This document shows, in pieces, positions 53,764-64,000 of a DNA stretch of 64,000 bases. Below the pieces are notes generated by a model. That model saw only the letters and a list, made by a program, of their open reading frames with translations. It was not told the origin of the DNA and did no database searches. A program made the translations under genes and the position numbers. The stretch is from an uncultured Chloroflexia bacterium (lineage in GTDB: Bacteria; Chloroflexota; Limnocylindria; Limnocylindrales; CSP1-4): contig CAWHXD010000007.1 in the NCBI GenBank assembly GCA_963833225.1, positions 64,001 to 128,000 of the forward strand. The letters run 5' to 3'. How positions within the stretch are numbered: the first letter of the stretch is position 1; every line of letters starts with the position of its first letter.

Positions 53764-54126
53764 TCAGCGGATGATCGGCCGCCCGCTTCGTGCCCAGGCG
53801 CCGGTGCCACCGCGGACCGACACCGTGCCCTCGAACCCCGAGTCGAGCAGCAGGTTGGTCGCCGCGCGGCTCCTGTTGCCCGACTGGCAGATCACGGCGT
53901 ATGGCTTGTCGCGCTTGAGCTTCGCCAGGCGATCGGGGAGGCGTCGAACCGGAACGTGGATGGCATTGGGCAGGTGGCCACTCCGGAACTCGTGGTCCTC
54001 GCGGACGTCGAGGACGCGGACGGAGCCTTCCGCGAGCAGGGCATCGAGCTCGACGATATCGATCGTCGGCGGACCGAGCCGACGCAGGAATGAGAACACG
54101 GGACCTCCGGGAGCCAGCCGGGTCAT
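53764..54126 (-). CDS. Rhodanese-like single-domain protein
   Basis: LDVREDHEF, GHLPNAIHVP, CQSGNRS, GGTGAW. Confidence 0.9.
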   Translation of the reverse strand: MTRLAPGGPVFSFLRRLGPPTIDIVELDALLAEGSVRVLDVREDHEFRSGHLPNAIHVPVRRLPDRLAKLKRDKPYAVICQSGNRSRAATNLLLDSGFEGTVSVRGGTGAWARSGRPIIR

Positions 54127-54213
54127 CCCGGCAGTGCTGGACGCGGCGGAGGATACGGGAGGTCGGGCGATCCGGCCCCGCAGCCGGCGCCGTAGACTGC
54201 CCGGGGAGGTTGA

Positions 54214-55101
54214 ATGCTCGGGATCTGGCGCCTGCAGCTCCTCAGCGAGGTCGCTCGACGTGGGACCATCCGCGCGGCCGCCGAGGCGATGTCCATCACG
54301 CCGTCTGGTGTGAGCCAGCAGCTCCGGATCCTGGAGAGCGAGGCCGGGGTCCCGCTGCTGGAACCGCACGGCCGCGGCGTTCGCCTCACCGATGCCGGGA
54401 AGATGCTGGTCCGCCACGCGGACACGATCACCGCGGCCATCGACGCCGCCGAGGCCGAGCTCGCGGCGATGCAGCGCGAGATCAGCGGCACGCTCCGCAT
54501 CGCCGCCTTCCCCACGGCAGCCCGCGCGATCCTGCCGGGCGTCATCGCGCACCTGGGCAGCGCCCATCCGCGGCTGAGGCTGACGCTGCGCGACCTGGAG
54601 ACCGACGAGAGCCTTGCCGCGCTGCGCCTCGACGAGGTGGACCTGGCGGTGGTCGACGTCTACGACGAGGCGACGCTGATCCACGAGCCAGGCCTGGAGC
54701 TGATCGGGCTGATGGAGGATCCGCTGTACCTCGCGATCCCGGGCAATCCGGGGCTGGTCGATGTTCCCGTGGCGCTCGCCGCCCAGCGTGATGCCGCGTG
54801 GATCATGGACACCGAGACCAGTCGGATCCACGGTGCCGTCCGGCGCCACTGCCTGCGGGCCGGGTTTGAGCCCAACGTGCGGTCCAACTGCCGCGACTAC
54901 AGCGTGATCATCGCGCTGGTGGAGGCAGGTCTCGGGGTGGCGGTCCTGCCCGGGCTTGCGCTCCGCGACAGGGCGGTTCGGGCCACCGTGGCGCCGATCG
55001 ACGGCGGTCTCGTCCGACAGGTCCTGGTCGCCGTCAAGCCGGAGCGCCGGACGCACCCCGCGGTGGCCGCGACGCTCGACGCCCTGCTGCCGACCAGGTA
55101 G
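54214..55101 (+). CDS. LysR family regulator
   Basis: TIRAAAEAMSITPSGVSQQLRILE, LTDAG, LVEAGLGVAVLP. Confidence 0.93.
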   Translation: MLGIWRLQLLSEVARRGTIRAAAEAMSITPSGVSQQLRILESEAGVPLLEPHGRGVRLTDAGKMLVRHADTITAAIDAAEAELAAMQREISGTLRIAAFPTAARAILPGVIAHLGSAHPRLRLTLRDLETDESLAALRLDEVDLAVVDVYDEATLIHEPGLELIGLMEDPLYLAIPGNPGLVDVPVALAAQRDAAWIMDTETSRIHGAVRRHCLRAGFEPNVRSNCRDYSVIIALVEAGLGVAVLPGLALRDRAVRATVAPIDGGLVRQVLVAVKPERRTHPAVAATLDALLPTR

Positions 55102-55234
55102 TCATTCTTCACGGACACGGTAGCAACACACGCTGGACGCTACCGGATCTGACGTGAGATGGTTCGGCTCATGGCGGGGACTGCGAGTCACCGCGCTCGA
55201 GAGTCCGCCCTGCCGCCGCACCCGGAGTGCCACC

Positions 55235-56425
55235 ATGCAGCTTGCGTCGCGCATGTCGTCCATCGGAACCGAGACCGCGTTCGAGGCTGCCGCCCGCGCC
55301 CGCGCGTTGGAGGCCACCGGTCGCAGCATCGTCCATCTCGAGATCGGCGAGCCTGACTTCGACACGCCCGCCAATATCCGCGCCGCGGCGAAGGATGCGC
55401 TCGATGCGGGCAAGACCCACTACCCGCCGTACCCGGGGATCCCGGAGCTGCGTGAGGCCATCGCCGCCGACTCCGCGCTCCGTCGCGGGTTCGCGCCGGA
55501 CGCGGCCGACGTGTTCGTGACAGTCGGCGGCAAGGGCGTCATGTACTACGTGATCCTGGCCCTCGTGAACCCGGGCGACGAGGTCATCGTGCCGGACCCC
55601 GGCTACCCGATCTACGAGTCCGTGACGCGGTTCGTGGGCGGCGTGCCCGTCCCGATCGCCATTCGCCAGGAGAACGACTTTCGCCTGGACCCCGACGAGC
55701 TCGCCTCGCTGGTCACCGACCGCACCCGGCTGATCGTGATCAACTCGCCGGCCAACCCGACCGGTGGCGTCCTGACTGCCGAGGACTTGCGGCGGATCGC
55801 GGCCATCGCCATCGACCGTGACCTCGTGGTGCTCAGCGACGAGATCTACTCGCGGATCCTGTACGACGGTGCCGAGCACACCTCGATCGCCGCGCTGCCC
55901 GGGATGCGCGAGCGCACCATCGTCCTCGACGGGTTCTCCAAGACCTGGGCGATGACGGGCTGGCGCCTGGGCTACGGGATCGTGCCCGAGTGGCTGCACT
56001 TCGCCTTCGGGCGGCTGCTGATCAACTCGGTCTCGGGGGCCACCAGCTTCGCCCAATGGGGCGCGGTGGAGGCGATGGCCGGGCCCCAGGACGAGGTGGA
56101 GTCGATGGTCGAGGAGTTCCAGGCCCGCCGGGACCTCGTCGTTGACGGGCTCAACGCCATCCCCGGAATCCGGTGCCTGCGGCCGACCGGCGCGTTCTAC
56201 GTGTTCCCCGAGATCTCCGGCACCGGCCTGTCCGGCGCCGAGCTCGCGGACCGGCTGCTCAACGAGGCCGGCGTCTCCGTCCTTGCCGGTACCGCGTTCG
56301 GCGAGGTGGGCGTCAACCACATCCGGCTCTCGTACGCGACCTCCCGGGCCAACCTCGAGGAGGCGCTGCGTCGGATGCGGACCGTGATCGAGCCCCTCGC
56401 CGCGGCCGCCGCGGGCGCCCAGTGA
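55235..56425 (+). CDS. PLP-dependent class I/II (aspartate-type) aminotransferase
   Basis: GEPDF, NSPANPTG, SDEIY, GFSKTWAMTGWRLG. Confidence 0.95.
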   Translation: MQLASRMSSIGTETAFEAAARARALEATGRSIVHLEIGEPDFDTPANIRAAAKDALDAGKTHYPPYPGIPELREAIAADSALRRGFAPDAADVFVTVGGKGVMYYVILALVNPGDEVIVPDPGYPIYESVTRFVGGVPVPIAIRQENDFRLDPDELASLVTDRTRLIVINSPANPTGGVLTAEDLRRIAAIAIDRDLVVLSDEIYSRILYDGAEHTSIAALPGMRERTIVLDGFSKTWAMTGWRLGYGIVPEWLHFAFGRLLINSVSGATSFAQWGAVEAMAGPQDEVESMVEEFQARRDLVVDGLNAIPGIRCLRPTGAFYVFPEISGTGLSGAELADRLLNEAGVSVLAGTAFGEVGVNHIRLSYATSRANLEEALRRMRTVIEPLAAAAAGAQ

Positions 56426-58788
56426 CCGGCCCGGCCCAGGGCGCCGCCGGCGCCTCGGAGGTCGACCGCCTGTTCGCCGCGGCGGAGGCGGACTTCGAGC
56501 GCTGGGAGGTCGTGCGCGACGTCGTGGACGAGTGCCTCGACCTGATGCTCAACGACCGGCAGAGCGGGCACCCAGGCGGCTCCCGCTCGAAGATGCACCT
56601 GCTCCTCGCGCTCTTCCTCTCGGGGGCGATGCGCTGGGACATCCGCCGGCCGTGGCTGCGCTTCGCGGACCGCTTCGTCCTGTCCGCGGGCCACACGGTC
56701 CCCGCGGTGTACGCGATCCTGGCCGTCCTCAACGAGTCGCTCCGCGTCCGGCTCGAGCTCGACGGCGACGAGCGGTTCGCGTTCCCCGATGACGGCAAGT
56801 GGGCGCTGACGTCCGAGTGGCTGCTCAGGCTCCGGCGCCGCGACGGGCTCCCCGGCCACGCGGAGATGGCCGGCCGCACCCTGTTGTTCAAGGCCAACAC
56901 GGGACCGTCGGGTCACGGCATGCCCGTGGCCGCGGGCGAGGCGCTGGCGCTCCGGATGGCGGGCGCGTCCGAGGTCAAGGTGTTCGTCGTCGAGGGCGAG
57001 GGGGGCCTGACGCCAGGGGCCACCCACGAGACGAAGAACACAGCCTGGGGCCTGGGGCTCTCCAACCTGGTCTTTCTCGTGGACTGGAACGACTTCGGGA
57101 TCGATGGCCGGCCGGCCTCGTCGGTCATCCCGGGAACGCCCGAGGACTGGTTCGCTCCGTATGGGTGGCGCGTGACCGGCACCGATGACGGCATGGCCTG
57201 GGGCCCGGTGACCCGCTCCATTCTCGAGGCCTCCCGCGGCGACAACCCCGAGGGCGTCCCGTCGATCGCGTGGTTCCGGACCCGCAAGGGGCGCGGCTAC
57301 GGCAAGCATGACGCCGCGAGCCACGGCACGCCCTGGCCACGGCACGCCCCGGAGTTCTGGGCCGTGCGGCGCGAATTCATGGCCCGCCACGGCGTGACCT
57401 ACGAGGGCGTGGACCAGCCCGCGCCCGCGGACGATGCGGAGCGCACCGCCCAGGCAGCCCGCAACCTCGACGTCGCGCTGTCGGTGCTCCGGCGCGACCC
57501 GGCGCTGGTGCGCTGGCTGTCCGACCGCCTGCTCGCGATTGCCGCCACCGTGCCCGAGGACTTGCCGGCGTTCCGGCTGGGCGGCCGGTCCGCCGCCGTG
57601 TTCTCGGACGAGCGCCTGTTCGATCCCGCCGCCTACCCGGAGTCCCTCTGGAAGCAGCCCGGCGACACGGCGCCCAACCGTGCCGGTCTCGGTGCCTGGG
57701 CCGGCTGCGTCAACGCCACCGCGCTCCGCGACCATGGCCGGCCGCTGTTCGTGGCCGCGTCCGCGGATCTCGCCGAATCCACGAACCTCGCCGGGTTCGG
57801 GCACGGCTTCGGCGGTGAGACCGGCGGCGGCTGGTACGAGCGCGATGCCAACCCGACGGGCCCGCTGCTGCCCACCGAGATCACGGAGTTCACGAACGCC
57901 GGCCTGCTCGCCGGGCTCGCCTCGGTCAACCTCGCGCCCGACCCGCTCGCCGAGTTCGACGGCTACTGGGGCGCGATGAGCACCTACGGCTCGTTCAGCT
58001 ACCTCAAGTACGGTCCGCTCCGCCTGTTCAGCCAGCTGGCCCAGGACACCGAGCTGCAGATCGGCCGCCTGCTCTACGTCGCCGGTCATTCCGGCCCCGA
58101 GACGGCAGAGGACAGCCGGACCCACTTCGGGGTGTTCGCACCTGGCGTCATGCAGCTGTTCCCCCGGGGGCACGTCGTGGAGCTCCACCCCTGGGAGTAC
58201 AACGAGGTCCCGGTGCTGCTCGCCGCCGCGTTCCGGACGGGTCTCCCGATCGTGGTCGTCCACCTCACGCGACCGCCGATCGCGATCCCGGACCGCGCCG
58301 CCCTCGGGATGCCATCCCACCTGGAGGCGGCGCGCGGCGCGTACGTGCTTCGCGAGTACCGCGACGGGGCCCCGCGGGCCGGCACGGTGTTCGTGCGGGG
58401 CACGATGTCCACCCAGAACCTCGTGTCGCTGTTCCCGGAGCTCGACCGGCGGGGGCTCAACGTCCGCGTGGTGGCGGCCCAGAGCGAGGAGCTGTTCCGG
58501 CGCCAGGATTCCGCGTACCGCGCTTCGGTCGTGTCGGACGCTGACCGGCTCGACAGCATGGTCGTGACCAACGGCGCGGTGCGCCTGATGCGCGACTGGG
58601 CCTCGGGCCCGGTGGTGGAGGCGTACTCGCTGGGTGCCGACTGGGACGACCGGTGGCGGACGGGCGGCTCCCTCGACGAGGTCATCGAGGAGGCGCACCT
58701 GGATCCAGGCCACATCCTCGAGGCGGTGGAGCGGTTCGCGCGTGAGCGAGAGGGTCGCCGCGAGCGCCTGCGCGCGGCGATCGGCTAG
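56422..58788 (+). CDS. Transketolase (single chain, divergent)
   Basis: SGHPGGS, DRFVLSAGH, GPSGHG, GEGG...DWN, SADLAES, HSG..T.EDSRTH; GTGA overlap. Confidence 0.85.
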   Translation: MTGPAQGAAGASEVDRLFAAAEADFERWEVVRDVVDECLDLMLNDRQSGHPGGSRSKMHLLLALFLSGAMRWDIRRPWLRFADRFVLSAGHTVPAVYAILAVLNESLRVRLELDGDERFAFPDDGKWALTSEWLLRLRRRDGLPGHAEMAGRTLLFKANTGPSGHGMPVAAGEALALRMAGASEVKVFVVEGEGGLTPGATHETKNTAWGLGLSNLVFLVDWNDFGIDGRPASSVIPGTPEDWFAPYGWRVTGTDDGMAWGPVTRSILEASRGDNPEGVPSIAWFRTRKGRGYGKHDAASHGTPWPRHAPEFWAVRREFMARHGVTYEGVDQPAPADDAERTAQAARNLDVALSVLRRDPALVRWLSDRLLAIAATVPEDLPAFRLGGRSAAVFSDERLFDPAAYPESLWKQPGDTAPNRAGLGAWAGCVNATALRDHGRPLFVAASADLAESTNLAGFGHGFGGETGGGWYERDANPTGPLLPTEITEFTNAGLLAGLASVNLAPDPLAEFDGYWGAMSTYGSFSYLKYGPLRLFSQLAQDTELQIGRLLYVAGHSGPETAEDSRTHFGVFAPGVMQLFPRGHVVELHPWEYNEVPVLLAAAFRTGLPIVVVHLTRPPIAIPDRAALGMPSHLEAARGAYVLREYRDGAPRAGTVFVRGTMSTQNLVSLFPELDRRGLNVRVVAAQSEELFRRQDSAYRASVVSDADRLDSMVVTNGAVRLMRDWASGPVVEAYSLGADWDDRWRTGGSLDEVIEEAHLDPGHILEAVERFAREREGRRERLRAAIG

Positions 58789-60057
58789 CTAGCCCGTCGG
58801 CTCCGCCGGCCGTGGCGGCCGGGTCGTGTCGGGCCCGGCCCGCCGTGCGGCGCGCGCGACCGGCCACGCCCGGAGGGCGATCAGCGCCCCGATCGGGGTC
58901 GCCAGCGCCGCCGCGGCCAGCGGCCCGGAGACCGACCCGGTCAAGGCGACCAGCGGCAGCCCGGTCACCGCCACGAGCAGCGACCCGACCGCCGAGCTCG
59001 CGAACAGCAGGGCCGCCGCCGCGGCGTGTTCGGCGGGCTCCGCGGCCGACGTGATGGCACCCAGCGAGGGGATCACCAGCCAGGCGAAGCCGGCGCCGAA
59101 CAGGAGGCGCGCCGCGATCAGGAGCACGGGCGTGGGAGCGAGCGCGGACAGCACGCCCGCGATGCCAAGCAGGATCCCGCCGGCGAGGAACAGCCGCTGG
59201 CCGCCGGCGCGCCGCAGCAACCACGGCAGCACCAGGAACGAGGGCAGCTCGCCGAGCGTGCCAGCGGCGATCGCGAGCCCCACGTCCAGGCCTGAGCCGC
59301 CGACCTCTGCCACGCGGGGCCCCGTGAAGATGCCCGGGGCGTTGACCCCGGCCCACGCGATGGACATGCCGACCAGGAACCACCCGTGCCGTCCCACGCC
59401 GCCGCGGAGGCCCTCGATCAGCCCGGCCCCGGCGTTGACGGCCACGCCCGTGCCCCTGACCAGCTCGCTGCGAAGGCGGGCGGCGACCACCGCGGCCCCC
59501 AGGAGGCACAACGCGGCTCCCGCGAGGCCCGGGGCTGACCAGCCGGCGGCCGAGAACGTGATCGCCGCGCCGATCGCGATGACGATGGCCATGTAGGCGG
59601 CCGAGGAACCGATCCGCAGGCGCGCGTACCGCGACCGGCTGCCCCCCATCCGGGCCAGGACGAGCGAGTCTGTCAGCGGTACGAAGGCCGAGCCGACGAA
59701 GGACCAGGCGAGGTAGCCCGCGACCATCACGGGCAGCACCAGGGTCGCCTGCGCCAGGGCGATCGGCGCGCTCACGAGGAAGGCGGCGGCCAGGACACGC
59801 CGCCGCCCGTGCCGGTCGCCGAGGCGGCCCCAGGCCGGGGCGCCGACCAGCATCGCGATCGCCGCGCCGGCGGCGACGGGTCCGATGAATGCCGGCGCGA
59901 GCCCGGCCTGGACCAGGAGGATCGTGGCGAACGGCGCCACGGCGCCGTTGACGGACCCGCGGACGATCATCAGCACGAGCGCCCGGAGCACCAGGATCCC
60001 GTCCAGATGCGCCGCCCCGGGAGCGTCCGCCGGCTGGCCGGGGTCGATGCTCGTCAT
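58789..60057 (-). CDS. MFS transporter
   Basis: WGRLGDRHGRRR; about 12 TMs. Confidence 0.85.
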   Translation of the reverse strand: MTSIDPGQPADAPGAAHLDGILVLRALVLMIVRGSVNGAVAPFATILLVQAGLAPAFIGPVAAGAAIAMLVGAPAWGRLGDRHGRRRVLAAAFLVSAPIALAQATLVLPVMVAGYLAWSFVGSAFVPLTDSLVLARMGGSRSRYARLRIGSSAAYMAIVIAIGAAITFSAAGWSAPGLAGAALCLLGAAVVAARLRSELVRGTGVAVNAGAGLIEGLRGGVGRHGWFLVGMSIAWAGVNAPGIFTGPRVAEVGGSGLDVGLAIAAGTLGELPSFLVLPWLLRRAGGQRLFLAGGILLGIAGVLSALAPTPVLLIAARLLFGAGFAWLVIPSLGAITSAAEPAEHAAAAALLFASSAVGSLLVAVTGLPLVALTGSVSGPLAAAALATPIGALIALRAWPVARAARRAGPDTTRPPRPAEPTG

Positions 60058-60153
60058 GCCCGCAACGATGCCTCACACGGCACTCCGCCGTCGAGCGCCG
60101 GGGACCGGATGTAGGCTCAGGACCGACGCCGCCTCCGAGGAGCCAAGCCAGCC

Positions 60154-60783
60154 ATGTCCGACCCTGCCGACACGCTGATCGCCGAGCTGTGCGAGGTGGG
60201 TCGTGACGCCGCTCGTCGCGGCCTTGTGCTTGCCTCGGCCGGGAACCTGTCGGCCCGCCTTCCCGGCGGCGATACCTTCGTGGTCACCGCGGCCGGGACC
60301 TGGTTCGACCGCCTGGCGCCCACCGACCTCTCCGTGCTCGCGATGGACGGAACGGTCCTCGGCGGCCATCCGTCGCCGTCGTCGGAGTGGAAGCTCCACG
60401 CCCGGACCTACGCCGTCCGGCCGGACGTCAACTGCGTCATCCACCTCCACCCGCAGGCCGCGGTGATCCTCGACGCGTGCGGCCACACGGTGCGCCTGAT
60501 CACCCTCGACCACGCGCACTACCTGCGCCGGGTCGTCGCCATCCCGTTCGCCCACAACGGGACCGATGAGCTCGCGGCAACGGCCGCGGAGGCCGCCCGC
60601 GACTGCGACGCGATCGTGATGTCGCACCACGGCTCGTCCACGCTGGGACCCACGATCGAGATGGCCTACCGCCGCGCGCTCAACCTCGAGGACGCGGCCC
60701 AGTCCACGTTCCGCTGCCTCTCGATCGGCGACGAGCGTGCCGCGTTCCCGGCTGGCGCCTGGGCGGGCCTCGGCCACGCCTGA
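60154..60783 (+). CDS. Class II aldolase/adducin family protein
   Basis: GNLSAR, PSSEWKLH, IHLHP, HHG. Confidence 0.92.
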   Translation: MSDPADTLIAELCEVGRDAARRGLVLASAGNLSARLPGGDTFVVTAAGTWFDRLAPTDLSVLAMDGTVLGGHPSPSSEWKLHARTYAVRPDVNCVIHLHPQAAVILDACGHTVRLITLDHAHYLRRVVAIPFAHNGTDELAATAAEAARDCDAIVMSHHGSSTLGPTIEMAYRRALNLEDAAQSTFRCLSIGDERAAFPAGAWAGLGHA

Positions 60784-60808
60784 CCCGGTCGGCACGGGAT
60801 CCGCCGGC

Positions 60809-61900
60809 GTGACCTGGGTCCGAAACGACCGCGACCCTTCGTGGTCGTGCCCGCCGGTGCCACGCGAGGCGCTGGCCTTCCATCAGGCGCTGAGCGGCTA
60901 CCAACCCACGCCGCTCGTGGACCTGCCACGGATCGCCGATGCGCTGGGAGTCGGCCGCGTGCTGGCCAAGAACGAGTCGGCCCGACTGGGGCTGCCGGCG
61001 TTCAAGGCGCTGGGCGCGTCATGGGCGATCCACCGGGCGCTGGCCGATCGAGCTGGGGCGGGCGAGGCCGCCCACGCCGCGTCCGGGCCCGTCACCTTCG
61101 TCACGGCCACCGATGGCAACCACGGCCGGGCGGTCGCCCGGATGGCGCGTCTCATGGGTCACCGGGCCCGGATCGTGATCCCCGACGGCGTCCCGTCGGT
61201 CGCGGTGGCGGCGATCGAGGCCGAGGGCGCGCCGGTCGAACGAGCGGCGGGTTCCTACGATGACGCGGTGAAGGCCGCCGCGCGCCTCGCGGAGGAAACC
61301 GGCGGCATCCTGCTCCAGGACACGGCCTGGCCCGGCTACGAGCGGGTTCCAGGCTGGATCGTGGAGGGCTACGCGACGCTGTTCGCGGAGGTGGATGCCC
61401 AGCTTGCCGACGCGGGTCTCGAGGCACCCGACCTCGTCGTCGTCCCGGCGGGCGTCGGATCCCTCGCGCAAGCGGCCACGATGCACTACCGAAGCCGACC
61501 GGATCCAGCGGCGACCGCGCTGGTCACCGTGGAACCCGAGGCGGCCGCCGGCGTTCTCGCGAGCCTCCAGGCGGGCACCCTGGTGACGGTTCCGACGCGG
61601 GCGACCACGATGGCCGGCCTCAACTGCGGGACCCCGTCGAGCCTCGCCTGGCCGGTGCTCCAGGCCGGAGTTGACGGGGCCGTGACCGTGTCCGACGCGG
61701 ACGCCGCCGCGGAGGCCGAGCCACTGCGCGCCGGCGGTGTGGACGCCGGGCCGTGCGGATGGGCCGCGCTCGCGGGCGCGCGCGCCGTGCTCACCGGCCC
61801 GGGTGCGACCGAACGCCGCGGGGAGCTGGGCGTCGGGCCGTCAGGCACGGTCCTCCTCGTCGTCACCGAGGGCATGGCAGCGAACCCGGGCGGCGCCTGA
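60809..61900 (+). CDS. Diaminopropionate ammonia-lyase-like PLP enzyme
   Basis: KNESARLGLPAFKALGASWA, ATDGNHG, QDTAWPGY, AGVGSLA, MAGLNCG. Confidence 0.85.
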   Translation: MTWVRNDRDPSWSCPPVPREALAFHQALSGYQPTPLVDLPRIADALGVGRVLAKNESARLGLPAFKALGASWAIHRALADRAGAGEAAHAASGPVTFVTATDGNHGRAVARMARLMGHRARIVIPDGVPSVAVAAIEAEGAPVERAAGSYDDAVKAAARLAEETGGILLQDTAWPGYERVPGWIVEGYATLFAEVDAQLADAGLEAPDLVVVPAGVGSLAQAATMHYRSRPDPAATALVTVEPEAAAGVLASLQAGTLVTVPTRATTMAGLNCGTPSSLAWPVLQAGVDGAVTVSDADAAAEAEPLRAGGVDAGPCGWAALAGARAVLTGPGATERRGELGVGPSGTVLLVVTEGMAANPGGA

Positions 61901-62102
61901 CCCGCATGGCCCCCCGGGTCCCGGTTTGATGCCAGCCGGGAGCCACCCTTTCGCGGGACCAATGGCCCCGGCCCGTGTTCGGGGGCCTCCGTAGACTCGA
62001 TGCTGCGGACACCGTCGGCGCCCGAGGGTGCCCGCTCGTCCTCTATCGAATACCGCTGGGCGGCCGTCGGCGACGGCGCTCATGCACTCGCGGCAGGTGA
62101 CC

Positions 62103-63995
62103 ATGCACTGCATCGTCCTGGTGAAGCAGGTTCCGGACGTCAGCAACATCCCCGAGGATGCCTGGGACCGGGAGAAGGGGACGCTGCGTCGCGCCCTTCT
62201 CGACTCGATCCTCAACCCACTGGACCTGCACGCCCTCTCGTTCGCGAGGCGGATCACCGCCGGCGACCCTGGCGCGAAGACGATCTACCTCACGATGGGT
62301 CCGCCCCAGGCGCGCGAGGTCCTCGCCGACTGCATCTCCCGGGCGCCCGGTGAGGCCGTCCTCCTGACCGACCGGGTGATGGGCGGCGCCGACACCGTGG
62401 CCACCGCCTACTCGCTCGCCCAGGCGGTGCGCCGCATCGAGCGCGAGCTGCTCGGCGGGTCCCGCGACTACCTCATCGTCACCGGCATGCAGTCGGTCGA
62501 CGGGGACACCGCGCAGGTGCCGCCGCAGCTGGCCGAGGACCTGGGTATCGACCAGGTCGCGTACGCGCAGGACGTTCACACTGAACCGCAGCTCACGTTC
62601 CGCCGCATCGGTGCCGAGGGCACCGAGGACGTCACGCCGCTCCGCTTCCCGGCGCTGGTCACGGTCACCGCCTGCACCGACACGCTGTACCGCGGCTTCC
62701 ACAGCGCTCGCGCCGCGAGGAATGCCGTGATCCACACCTGGAGCGCCGCCGACGTGGGCGCCGCCCCCGGGAAGGTGGGGATCAAGGGGTCGCGGACCAC
62801 CGTCTACCGGATCTTCTCGCCGTCGGAGGATCGGGCGAAGACCTGCGAGATGGTCAATGACCCGGCCGACCTCGTGCGCCGGCTCCAGGCCAAGTACCGC
62901 CTGGCCACCGGAGGCCCGGCGGTCCACGAGGAGGGCGCCTACGCGCTTGAAGGTCGCGAGCCCACCCACCACGGCGGGTTCTGGATCCTGGCCGAGCGCG
63001 AGGGTGACGGCATCAAGTCCGTGAGCCTCGAGCTGCTCGGCAAGGCCCACGAGCTGGCCGCGTTCCTCGGCGAGCGGGTGGCCGCGGTGCTGCCCGGCGC
63101 GGAGGCGGGCGATCTCCCGGCCGAGCTGATCGCGCATGGCGCCGACATCGTGTACGTCATCGAGGACCCGCAGCTGGCGACGTTCTCACCGCTGCCCTTC
63201 AAGGCGGCGATCGCGCCGCTGGTGCGTGAGCACCGGCCGCAGGCGATGCTGTTCGGGGCGACGCCGATGGGCCGCGAGCTGGCACCGCGGATCGCCTATG
63301 CGTGCGACTCCGGGCTGACCGCCGACTGCACCAAGCTGGAGATCGGCGACTACGCCAAGGGCGGCCAGGACCTGGTCGGGATCCTCAAGCAGACCCGGCC
63401 GGCGCTGGGCGGCAACATCATGGCCACGATCATGACCAAGGACTCGCCGACGCAGATGGCAACCGTCAGGCCGGGCGTGTTCAAGGTCCCGCCGCGCGAT
63501 GACACGCGGACCGGCGAGGTCGTCCGGATCACCCCCGAGATCGGCGACGCCGCCGACGGGGTGAAGATCACCCCGGTCGAGTCGTTCGTGTCCAAGGTCA
63601 GCATCCGGGACGCGAAGATCATCGTCGCGGGCGGCCACGGGATCCGCAACAAGGCGGACTTCGACAGCCTCCTGCAGCCGCTTGCCGATGGCTTCGAACA
63701 CCTCCTGGGTGACGGGGCCAAGGTCGCGGCCAGCCGGCACGCGGTCGAGGACGGCTTCACGACCCACGACTACCAGGTGGGCCAGACCGGACAGACCGTG
63801 GCGCCCAAGCTGTACGTGGCCGTGGGGATCTCGGGGGCCGTCCAGCACATCTCCGGGATGCAGATGTCGGACACGGTGGTGGCGATCAACAAGGATCCGC
63901 GGGCACGGATCTTCAACTACGCGGACTTCGGTGTCGTCGGCGACCTCGAGACGGTCGTGCCACAGCTGGTTCGTGCGGCACAGGAGGCCAACTGA
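62103..63995 (+). CDS. Fused electron transfer flavoprotein beta+alpha
   Basis: EtfB KQVPD, GADT, DGDTAQV in frame with EtfA RPALGGN, QVGQTG, GISGAVQH; a following ATG overlaps the stop. Confidence 0.93.
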   Translation: MHCIVLVKQVPDVSNIPEDAWDREKGTLRRALLDSILNPLDLHALSFARRITAGDPGAKTIYLTMGPPQAREVLADCISRAPGEAVLLTDRVMGGADTVATAYSLAQAVRRIERELLGGSRDYLIVTGMQSVDGDTAQVPPQLAEDLGIDQVAYAQDVHTEPQLTFRRIGAEGTEDVTPLRFPALVTVTACTDTLYRGFHSARAARNAVIHTWSAADVGAAPGKVGIKGSRTTVYRIFSPSEDRAKTCEMVNDPADLVRRLQAKYRLATGGPAVHEEGAYALEGREPTHHGGFWILAEREGDGIKSVSLELLGKAHELAAFLGERVAAVLPGAEAGDLPAELIAHGADIVYVIEDPQLATFSPLPFKAAIAPLVREHRPQAMLFGATPMGRELAPRIAYACDSGLTADCTKLEIGDYAKGGQDLVGILKQTRPALGGNIMATIMTKDSPTQMATVRPGVFKVPPRDDTRTGEVVRITPEIGDAADGVKITPVESFVSKVSIRDAKIIVAGGHGIRNKADFDSLLQPLADGFEHLLGDGAKVAASRHAVEDGFTTHDYQVGQTGQTVAPKLYVAVGISGAVQHISGMQMSDTVVAINKDPRARIFNYADFGVVGDLETVVPQLVRAAQEAN

Positions 63996-64000
63996 TGGAC

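Overview
Very high-GC bacterial chromosomal segment (about 70% by eye). The Pro/Thr-linker secreted proteins, F420-type nitroreductase and amtB-glnK order suggest Chloroflexota or Actinomycetota; this is inference only. It holds about 60 densely packed metabolic, transport and regulatory genes. I see no rRNA, tRNA, CRISPR array or mobile element. Many genes are split by 1-bp frameshifts, probably long-read consensus error, though some may be real decay. Recognisable genes: NUDIX hydrolase, two ECF sigma factors, DinB, HAD, ABC and MFS transporters, a PAS-GAF-GGDEF cyclase, a MalT-like LuxR cassette, amtB-glnK, nitrilase, argG, a glucosaminidase, a non-pyrrolysine MttB, csp, an aminotransferase-transketolase pair, class II aldolase, diaminopropionate ammonia-lyase and a fused EtfB-EtfA. 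The most intriguing items are: a peptidase-S51/cyanophycinase-like hydrolase fused to a CysRS-type anticodon-binding domain; an ECF-ZAS fusion module with a visible autoregulatory promoter; a large membrane-anchored Cys-clamped coiled-coil protein; a TCACCAC operator array; an internally deleted padR; and a possible AUC-start glycosyltransferase behind csp. All family calls come from motif recognition by eye; no database searches were run.
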